DNA of 64,000 nucleotides from Terriglobia bacterium (GTDB lineage Bacteria; Acidobacteriota; Terriglobia; 20CM-2-55-15): NCBI GenBank assembly GCA_965218585.1, contig CBDCLE010000017.1, positions 71,470 to 135,469 of the forward strand, read 5' to 3'. Shown piece by piece: positions 41,507 to 49,820 of this stretch (position 1 is its first letter; each line of letters starts with the position of its first letter). The notes under the pieces were generated by a model. It saw only the letters and a program-made list of their open reading frames with translations, ran no database searches and was not told where the DNA came from. The position numbers and the translations under genes were made by a program.

Positions 41507-41871
41507 GACCGCGATCTCCTCTCGGACGGATTCACTGGAGCGTCCGCCTTCTGTCGTAAGCCGGGCTGCGTGCCAGGCATCGTTGTGATTATGTATCCGA
41601 GCAGACTATGGAAACATCTGTAAATTCAACTACGGGTGGCATTTCAGGTCAACAAAACAGTCACATGGAAATGGTCAACTGCAAGTGTAGGCCACCTATA
41701 CGTTCAGATGGAATTTCGCGGCATGAGGTCGTGAACCTAGCATACGGCTCCTACCTCGGATAAAACGGCACACACCACCTAGGGCACGTCCCGCTCGGTC
41801 GAGATCGTGTGCCATAAGTGCCCTCTCCTGCCGGTGCTATACTGGGCCGTCAATATTCAGCAGTGTGTCAA

Positions 41872-43360
41872 ATGCAGATCGATCCTAGAAAATGTGTCGC
41901 CTGCGCTAACTGTGTGCCGGTCTGCCCGATGGGTGCCATCCAAGTCGACACGTCGATGCATCGTGCCACCATCGATTACGACGAGTGCGTCGAGTGCGGC
42001 ACTTGCTTCCGCGGGATGAGCCAGGAACATCTGAATCCCACCTTTGTGCGTACGGTACGTGGCCTGGCCAAGCTGTTTCGTTTTCGGTTTGAACCAGAGC
42101 CCGATGTCTGCCCCACCGGTGCGTTCGTGATGGAAGAGTTGGAGTGGCCTCGAATTGCCCGGCGTGTCTTCAGCGATCCCCTCGTCGAGCACAGATCCAC
42201 AGGGATCACGGGAAGGGGGACCGAAGAAATCAAAACGAACGACGTGGCCCACCGCGTCGGTATCGGTGACGTTGGATATGTCGTCGAGTTCGGACGCCCT
42301 GGAACCGGCGTTCGGTTCCACCAGATTCAGGCAATGACAATGACTTTGGCCGACCTGGGTGTCAGCTTCGAGCCCAACAACCCGATTACGCACCTGATGA
42401 AGGATCAGCATACCGGTGCCCTGAAGGAAGATCTGCTCAACGAGAAGATTCTTTCCGCCATCGTTGAGATCAAGACGCCACTGGATCAGGTCAAGCAGGT
42501 CCTCGATACCGTCATGGAGGTGTCGCGACGCATCGATACGGTTGTGGCCGTGGGCGTATCGACGCGCTGTGATGAAGCCGGCGAAGATTCGCGTCTGGCT
42601 CCACTGCTCTCGGAACTGGGATATACGTTCGAGCGCGCCAAGACGAACATGGGCCTCGGGCGCGTTACGAATGTGCGAAAGATGGGGGAGAGAGGTGACC
42701 AACACCTTGCATCGATACGGTAAGGCGGAGACCTTCCGTGACGACTACATCATTTTCGCCATGCCCTCGAAAGGGAAGAACGACGAAGGAGCCATCGACA
42801 AGCTGAGGATGTTTCTGAGGATCTGTGTTCGCCATCAGCCGTCCAACATCGGTGCATCCGGTCAAAGCGGTTACCGTCCATCCGAGCACCTCAACCCAAC
42901 CGTCCACTGGAAGAGGGATCTGGCTCCCGACTTCGACCGCGTGATCGCCGGCGTCACGAAGGCTGGGACAGCCGGTAGCGTTTTCGACTCCCGGGAGAAG
43001 GCCATCGCCTGCCTCCGGGACGTGATTGCGGCGGACCTCGGACTCTCAGTGAATATCAGCACCTCCGTTGAAGGCGCGAAAGAGGCCGGCCGGGAATGTG
43101 GCATCCAACGCCATAGCGTGGAGTACTCTCTCGGATTTACCGATCCGCACGATCATCTTCCGGGTAGCCGGGTCCTCGAACTGGCGACGATGTGCGGGCA
43201 CGGTATGGTGTCGTTCCAGATGGTACAGAAGATGGTCGAAATGGTGCGCGAAGGCCGTCGGACTCCCCAGCAGGCGGTTACGACGCTGACGCGGTTCTGT
43301 CCCTGCGGTGTGTACAATCCGTCGCGCGCGCGGCGGCTGATCGAAGATGCCGCTTCGTAG
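41872..43360 (+). CDS. 4Fe-4S dicluster ferredoxin-domain protein with a large uncharacterised C-terminal region, probably one gene split at a G5 run near 42690
   Basis: N-terminal CVACANCVPVCP and CVECGTCF (two CxxCxxCxxxCP-like motifs). ORF 41818..42723 and ORF 42464..43360 overlap by about 50 nt across atggggga; removing one G fuses them into about 495 aa. Confidence 0.55.
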
Positions 43361-43590
43361 GAGAGCTATACGCCAGGTCGCCCACAGTCGTGCGAGGTGG
43401 CTTTCGTAGCTGTGACACCTACTACCCTTACGCTCGGACCTCCAGTCCTATCCGGTTCGCAAGGTTCATCGGCGGTGCTCCTTGCGTCACGAAAGTGGCG
43501 GGACAGCTCCAAGCTGCTGCAAGAACCGAAGCGAATTCCACCGAACCCACTCTTCGGCGATCAGAGGGTCGCGGAACCGGCTGACGACCA

Positions 43591-44547
43591 CTAATCCAAC
43601 TCCCCGTCGAGCTCCCGATACACCTGGCGAACCGCATCTGGCATATTCATCGCCGCGCGGAACCAGTACTGGAACTCACCCAGATTCATCAAGAGGAATG
43701 CCCGGTCTATGGGAACTCCTTCGGCGTGCAGGCGACTGGCCTCGGAAACCAGGTTTTCGAGCGCTCGCCGAAAATTTGTCAATTCCTCCCTCATGACCTC
43801 CCGACTGTCCACGAAACCATGATCGGACAAGTACATGTCGGCGTTCATTGCTTCGGCGCGCCGGACGGTCTCGACCCATTCCACCGGGTAGCCAGTCAGG
43901 GCACCGCCCACGGACGGGTATATCCGGTTGAAGAAGGTCTCTCCCATGAACAGGATATTTTCCTCGGGCAAAAACACCATGAGGTCACCACCCGTGTGGG
44001 CGCGGCCGAGAAAAAGAATCTCGATTTCGGTATCGCCCATGGTCAGCACGCGGCGGTCCGACACGGTTTCCTGAGGAATGGGAACAGCGGGGGCGTATTG
44101 CCGCTCGATAACGGCTTTGGAAGTCGGGTGCGCGATGAACGTCACGTCATCCGGGAATGCGCTGTTGCCACCGATGTGGTCTGAATGATCGGCACAGACC
44201 ACCACGTAGCGGATCGGTTGGGGCGTGATACGGGCAATTTCTTCGATCAGCCGTTCCGTCTTTGCCACCGTGCCCTGACCGTCGGCCACCAACACACCCT
44301 CGCTAGTAACTACGATCAAGCTGTTGACCGTGAACGACATACTTTCGCTCACCGGGCCGTTGATTTCCTCGTATGCGTACACGTTTTCCGCGATCTGCTG
44401 AATTCTTGGAAAGTCGCTTTCCCGGAGACCGCGGACGGCCGCATCGCCTGTCCGCACAACCTGTGCCCGGACAGGGATCGCAGAGAATAAGCCCAACGCC
44501 ACCCAGATTAGGAGCAGTACTGTCGCCTTCCAGTGCACTCTTCGCAT
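43591..44547 (-). CDS. secreted MBL-fold metallo-hydrolase
   Basis: Signal peptide. CADHSDHIGGN (HxDH-type metal site) and a downstream His; beta-lactamase-like fold. Confidence 0.65.
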   Translation of the reverse strand: MRRVHWKATVLLLIWVALGLFSAIPVRAQVVRTGDAAVRGLRESDFPRIQQIAENVYAYEEINGPVSESMSFTVNSLIVVTSEGVLVADGQGTVAKTERLIEEIARITPQPIRYVVVCADHSDHIGGNSAFPDDVTFIAHPTSKAVIERQYAPAVPIPQETVSDRRVLTMGDTEIEILFLGRAHTGGDLMVFLPEENILFMGETFFNRIYPSVGGALTGYPVEWVETVRRAEAMNADMYLSDHGFVDSREVMREELTNFRRALENLVSEASRLHAEGVPIDRAFLLMNLGEFQYWFRAAMNMPDAVRQVYRELDGELD

Positions 44548-44594
44548 GATTACTTCTTCATCTGTAGGTGCGCTCTACGAGCGCACAATCGTTG

Positions 44595-44615
44595 ATACCC
44601 TGTGCGGTCGCAGAC
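44595..44615. repeat. palindromic REP-like hairpin gtgcggtc-gca-gaccgcac (second copy at 47025..47045)
   Basis: Perfect 8-bp inverted repeat with a 3-nt spacer, present twice with the same arms. The two copies bracket the ligB-ridA-DUF1801 segment. Confidence 0.5.
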
Positions 44616-44650
44616 CGCACTTATACCGCTCAACTGTGTTCGCAGTGGTC

Positions 44651-45433
44651 TCAGGCAATGCGAAAAGAGCGCATGGATATCGTTTTCTGGAATCCCTCCA
44701 CGAAACTAACAACGCCTTCGCTCTCGTTTTTGACGCCAAGAATGTAAAGGAGGGGTAAGAAGTGTTCGTACGTGGGATGGGCTAGCTTGGCCACGTGGCC
44801 CATCTGTTGAAAATCGATAATCGCCTGATGGTTCTCATCGTTGACGTAGGATGTGATCCGCTCATCGAACTCCAGAGCCCAGTCCGGGACCGTATTGTCG
44901 GGGTTGCGGCGTTGTCTTGGATTGTGAACGACGTTTCCGGAACCGAGTATCATCACGCCTTCCGTTCTCAGTCCCCGCAGTTGTTTCGCCAACTCATAGT
45001 GAAACGCTGGGGGCTGGGTATAATCCATGCTCAGTTGAATGACAGGCACGTCGGCATTCGGAAACATGTGTCGTAGGACGACCCATGTGCCGTGGTCGAA
45101 ACCCCATTCGGTGTCGGGATTGACGGGAATCTGCCCACTAAGCATCGCTGTAATTTGTTCTGCGAGTCGCACGTTTCCCGGTGCCGGGTACGTCAGACGA
45201 TACAGTTCCTCGGGGAAACCATGCATGTCGTAGGTCATCTTGGGCGTCTGATCAGACGTCACAAGGACGCCACCCCGGGTCAGCCAGTGTGCGGAAATAG
45301 ATAAGATTGCCTGCGGCCGGGGTATTGAAGCGCCGAATTCACTCCAACCCCGCGTCCACTCGTTGTCCCAGATCGCGTTCCTTGGTGTGCCGTGACCGAT
45401 GAAGACGGCGGGCGTCCGTTCAGTGTTCGGCAT
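44651..45433 (-). CDS. 4,5-DOPA dioxygenase extradiol (LigB family class III extradiol dioxygenase, YgiD-like)
   Basis: PAVFIGHGTP, ISAHW and NVVHN motifs of the LigB/DODA family. Confidence 0.75.
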   Translation of the reverse strand: MPNTERTPAVFIGHGTPRNAIWDNEWTRGWSEFGASIPRPQAILSISAHWLTRGGVLVTSDQTPKMTYDMHGFPEELYRLTYPAPGNVRLAEQITAMLSGQIPVNPDTEWGFDHGTWVVLRHMFPNADVPVIQLSMDYTQPPAFHYELAKQLRGLRTEGVMILGSGNVVHNPRQRRNPDNTVPDWALEFDERITSYVNDENHQAIIDFQQMGHVAKLAHPTYEHFLPLLYILGVKNESEGVVSFVEGFQKTISMRSFRIA

Positions 45434-45630
45434 GTCGCGCGATTCGTTCCCATCGCTCGGAAGATATTCCAACTGACTCGGGAGATGCTATTGGAAGTGG
45501 CTGAGCGATAGCAGGAACCCCGAAAGCGATGGCCAGAACAGAGGTGGCTATTACTTGGGTCTTCATAAGTTCATTCCGTAAAGGCGACCTTTCTATCGGA
45601 AGCTGTCTCGAACGACGGCCTTCCCTCTTT

Positions 45631-46080
45631 TCATTCGCCGATGACCCCGATACATTCAATCTCAACCCGTGCGTTCAAAGCGAGACCGGTCACTCCGACC
45701 GCGCTTCTTGCCGGGCGGTCATCGCCGAAGAAGGTCACATAGACTTCGTTCATCTGCGAAAACTCCGCCATGTCGGCCAGAAAGACCGTACATTTGGCAA
45801 CGCGCTCCATGGATGAGCCGTAGCGTTCGAGACTGGCCTTGATGTTTTCCAGAGCCTGGCCGGTTTCTGCCCCAATACCGCCCGGCGCCAGACCTCCATC
45901 TCCCGTGCCCAGCTTGCCGGACACAAAGACAAGATTCCCGACTCGTACCGCGTCGGAGAACGGTGCACGCCCGCCTGCTGCGGGGAAGAACTCCAGTTCG
46001 TTGGACTGTCCTGCTGCGAAAGCGGCAGATAGCGGAAGTAGCAGCAGTGTGATCATTGTCAGAAGTGCCGTCTTGTACAT
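45631..46080 (-). CDS. RidA family protein (YjgF/L-PSP) with a signal peptide
   Basis: C-terminal VGVTGLALNARVEIECI and an overall RidA fold, with an N-terminal signal peptide MYKTALLTMITLLLLPLSAAFA. Confidence 0.75.
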   Translation of the reverse strand: MYKTALLTMITLLLLPLSAAFAAGQSNELEFFPAAGGRAPFSDAVRVGNLVFVSGKLGTGDGGLAPGGIGAETGQALENIKASLERYGSSMERVAKCTVFLADMAEFSQMNEVYVTFFGDDRPARSAVGVTGLALNARVEIECIGVIGE

Positions 46081-46396
46081 AACTCTCCTCTCGCCTCGTT
46101 CTCGAAGGCCTGAACCAATTGCCCGCGTCGGGTGCCGGGTTGCATCGTTTTAGTGTGTCGCCAAAAGGAGTGGCGAAATCCCGGTAAGTCTATCTAGGTC
46201 GGTGGGTTGTTGGCAAGAAAAGGGTCAAGTTCCGATAAACGATGCCGGCTCAAGCGGTCGATGCAACACGAGCGCTAAATCGTTCAGACGGCGTTTGAAC
46301 CCCGCGTCTGGCGTGGCCGCCGTCAGGTGCAGCCACTTGTTATGCGGCGACCCTGTAACCCCGCAAGCACTACGATTTCCCGATAGCTTCCGTGAA

Positions 46397-46798
46397 CTAG
46401 CCAACATCAAGGCGCGCCTTGATGTCCGAGTATGCCTCATCGATCAGCCTACATAGCCCCGCGGAATCTCTGACGACTCCGGGCTTCAGCTTCACATGGC
46501 GCATATATTTGCCACTGCCCTCCAGCAAGCCTGCCGGATCCGGCAGCGCCGCGCCATGAAAGAACCCGACGTTTACATGAGCTTTGAATGCATTGACGTA
46601 ACCGAATGGCGCATCTCCTACGCATGCGACCGGACAGCCGTCGTGCATGAGTTCCCGAACGTCGTCGCCACTCTCTCGTATGACGTGAAACCATTCCTCG
46701 GCAATGGATCCCAATTCGCCTGTCCGTTCCCTCATCCACGCATCGATGGCGGGATCCCGCTTGACCCCACCGGGGAGCCGAAAGTCCATTCGATTCAT
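46397..46798 (-). CDS. DUF1801 domain protein (YdhG-like)
   Basis: Conserved DUF1801 pattern (WF..IRE.....E.M..G.PV..VGDAPFGYVNAFKAHVNVGFFHGAAL). Confidence 0.6.
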   Translation of the reverse strand: MNRMDFRLPGGVKRDPAIDAWMRERTGELGSIAEEWFHVIRESGDDVRELMHDGCPVACVGDAPFGYVNAFKAHVNVGFFHGAALPDPAGLLEGSGKYMRHVKLKPGVVRDSAGLCRLIDEAYSDIKARLDVG

Positions 46799-47024
46799 GA
46801 CGACAACGCCTCGCAGTCGTACCAAGAGCCGAACTGATGGTTCCTACTCGTCTGACGTGGAGGCTTCGTTCAGAATCTGATCCAACGCTACTCTGGGTCC
46901 AGAAACATCCCACCCGAAGGGACCCGGCATGGTCTTGTACCGCACCGTGCCATCCGCCTCGAGAACGTAAATACGATCCGGGAACGCAGCGTAGGCTATC
47001 TCCACCGCATTCCATGATTAAAGT

Positions 47025-47045
47025 GTTGTGCGGTCATAGACCGCA
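47025..47045. repeat. palindromic REP-like hairpin gtgcggtc-ata-gaccgcac
   Basis: Same inverted-repeat arms as 44595..44615. Located at the edge of the low-GC islet. Confidence 0.5.
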
Positions 47046-47376
47046 CCTCCAGAAAATCTCGGTAAGAATACTCAGGGAGGGAGTTAGGTGCTATTAAATT
47101 CTCAAGTCCTCGCAAACGACATTCTCGGACGTTGAGAATTACTTCGGTTCGACCACTTTTCAGTCAATGTTTGCTTGCAGTTGGACACCTAGCAGTCACC
47201 GTCTCATAAAGTCCACCATGCCACACCTACATGCCGGAGCGTGTCAAACACCATTCCCTTCTGACAATCCTTGTGGGACAGTAGCCCTATCGAGTGCGCT
47301 GTAATTGTCCCGCGAGATACTAGGCAAGTGAATTGAACTGGCCGGAGCGATCTACGGCATGTGAAGGGAGAAAAAG

Positions 47377-47999
47377 ATGAAGAGCCCTACAATCAAATTC
47401 AAGAGTACGGTGTTGGATGAATTGTCGGACCTGAACATCAGCGAGAGGGAAGCCAAACGGTACATCCGGGATGCAATCCGATGTGCGGAAAGGATCGCCA
47501 ATCTGGGGTTGAGCCGGGTCGATGCGGTGCGCAATAACAGGCGGCGGGACGAGAAAGACGCGTGGAGAGATGATTCACACCTCGTGACGTACTTCGGTGA
47601 TGGGTCATTGACGGTCAATCAGATCAAGGACGTCCGCCGCCGCCTGAACCGAGCCCACCGCGACTGTCGGACAAGAGCCTGACGGTCCGCGTGTTTCCGC
47701 AGACGGCCGCCTCGTCCGACACTACCAACGCACAGAACCTGGGTTCGGTTTGGTCCCCAAAAACGTTCAAGCTGTTCACGCGTTGGTTCCGGAATGGAGA
47801 ACTCCAGAGAGGGGGGATCATCCTGCACGAACTCAACCATGACCTCTTCGGGGATCAGAAGCTGGACGGCGAGACTGTTTACGGCGAGAGACTGGCCAAG
47901 GATTTGGCCGCGCAGAAACCCAAGAACGCGCGTAAAAGCGCGGAGAACTACGAGTGGTGCTGCATGCGGCTACTCCAGTCGACGGGGCGAATAACCTGA
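47377..47999 (+). CDS. aspzincin (M35/deuterolysin)-like zinc metalloprotease, no signal peptide, frame broken once near 47600-47690
   Basis: HELNH (HExxH), then 8 aa later DGETVYG (GTxDxxYG-like Asp-ligand loop), then SAENYEWCC (aligns with NADSYALYA of deuterolysins). Two adjacent ORFs, 47377..47682 and 47691..47999. Local GC is about 47% versus about 60% elsewhere. Confidence 0.55.
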
Positions 48000-48230
48000 A
48001 GGCCGAACCTCAACCGCGGTCAGGAAGTCCTGCCAATACACGGCTCGAGGGCTACCGTAATTGTTCGAGGTCCGTCGAGAGTTTCAGGCTAGCAGAGGGT
48101 GAGCCAAACTCCCCGCACATCGATATCTGTGCGTTCACGTCACACGAATTCTCTCGATGCCAGGTGAGGCGAAGGTTAGAATCTGCCAATGCTCGGGCCG
48201 TCCCGGTCCAGGCGCAAACGAGGTGATGCC

Positions 48231-49682
48231 ATGGTCAGAACGAAGTCCCTTACGATAATCGCTCTCGTCGGAGCACTCGCGTTGTCTTTCGCCCCGGCTC
48301 CGCTTGAGGCGCAGCTACAGAGCCCGAGCCAGGATCCTGATGTCCAGGGGGCCATCAGGCTCTTCTCCGCTTGGCTCGAGGGTCAGATCGCCTATCGCGG
48401 GCTTCCTGGCGTGGTGGTGGGCGTGGTGTCGGACCAGGAGCTCGTGTGGGCCCAGGGGTTCGGCTTCGCGAACGTTGATGCGAAGCGACCCATGGCGCCG
48501 GATACCCGGTTTCGCATGGCGTCGCACAGCAAGCTGTTCACTGCGACCTCGATCATGCAGTTGCGCGAGCAGGGCCGGCTCAGGCTTGACGACCCGGTGT
48601 CGGAGTATCTGCCCTGGTTCCGGGTGCAGTCGGCCGAACCCGACGATCCGCCGATCACCATCGAGCATCTGCTCACCCACAGCTCGGGCCTTCCGCGCGA
48701 GGCAGGATCGCATTGGAGCGACTGGGAGTTTCCCACCCAAGAGGAGCTGCTAGAGCTCATCCCGAAGCGGGAGGCGCCATTTTCACCCGAGACCCGCTGG
48801 AAGTACTCGAACCTGGCGTACACCATCGCCGGGATGATCATCGAAGAGGTGAGCGGCGACACCTGGGCGGGGTATCTCCAGAACAACATCTTCAATCCGC
48901 TCGAGATGTCGGCATCGAGCGTGGACCGCGACGTTGCGGGCTTGACCACGGGATACAGCCGTCGCATGCCGGACGGGTCGAGGGAAGTCATTCCTTTCGT
49001 CGACGCGCGCGGGATGGCCGCAGCCACCGGCCTCACGTCCACGGTCGAAGACATGGCGAAGTTCGTCTCGGCCCAGTTCCGGAAGGGGCCAAGGGGTAGC
49101 GACCAGATTCTCAGTACCGCTTCTCTGCGGGAGATGCATCGCGTACGGATGCTCGAGAACACGTGGACCCGGGGGCAGGGGATCGGTTTCGGGGTCAGCC
49201 GCGTCGAGGACAAGCTCTACGTGGGGCACGGGGGCGGCTATCCGGGCCATACGACGAACACCCTGATCCAGCTCGACTCGAAGGTGGGCGTGATCGTCCT
49301 GACGAACACGAACGACTCGAATCCGGGGGACATGGCGCGACAGCTCATGGACACGGTGGGCGAAGCCGTTGCCGAAGCGACTGCGACTGAGCCTGCCGAG
49401 GTCACGTGGGATCCGGCATGGGAGCGGTTCGCAGGGCTCTACCGGAGCATCGGCGGGGACACTCAGGTCGTTCTCCTGAACGAGCGCCTGGTGGTGATGA
49501 CCCCAAACGCGCCCAGCATAAACGATTCGGTCGGGCTCGAGCCGATAGGCGACGGTCGGTTCCGTTTGACTGCCCCGACCGGAGGTGGGGCGGTCGGCGA
49601 AGTGGTCCGGTTCGTCGAGGAGAACGGACAGGTGGTCCGGATGATCACAGGAGATTCTTACACGGACCGGGTTATGAACTGA
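48231..49682 (+). CDS. secreted serine hydrolase, beta-lactamase/PBP4* family (class C-like fold) with extra C-terminal domain
   Basis: Signal peptide MVRTKSLTIIALVGALALSFAPAPLEAQ, SxxK motif SHSKLF, YSN and HGG motifs. Confidence 0.8.
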   Translation: MVRTKSLTIIALVGALALSFAPAPLEAQLQSPSQDPDVQGAIRLFSAWLEGQIAYRGLPGVVVGVVSDQELVWAQGFGFANVDAKRPMAPDTRFRMASHSKLFTATSIMQLREQGRLRLDDPVSEYLPWFRVQSAEPDDPPITIEHLLTHSSGLPREAGSHWSDWEFPTQEELLELIPKREAPFSPETRWKYSNLAYTIAGMIIEEVSGDTWAGYLQNNIFNPLEMSASSVDRDVAGLTTGYSRRMPDGSREVIPFVDARGMAAATGLTSTVEDMAKFVSAQFRKGPRGSDQILSTASLREMHRVRMLENTWTRGQGIGFGVSRVEDKLYVGHGGGYPGHTTNTLIQLDSKVGVIVLTNTNDSNPGDMARQLMDTVGEAVAEATATEPAEVTWDPAWERFAGLYRSIGGDTQVVLLNERLVVMTPNAPSINDSVGLEPIGDGRFRLTAPTGGGAVGEVVRFVEENGQVVRMITGDSYTDRVMN

Positions 49683-49820
49683 TCGGTCCGCTAAGGGAAT
49701 TGAGAAATAGCGGTCGCTGCCTGGCTATCGGGAATTGAACTCGCATCAGGGCACCGGCACGACGCGTTCGAGTCCGGTGAACCAGTGCCCCACAGTGACG
49801 AAGACTACGGTAAGGCGCGC

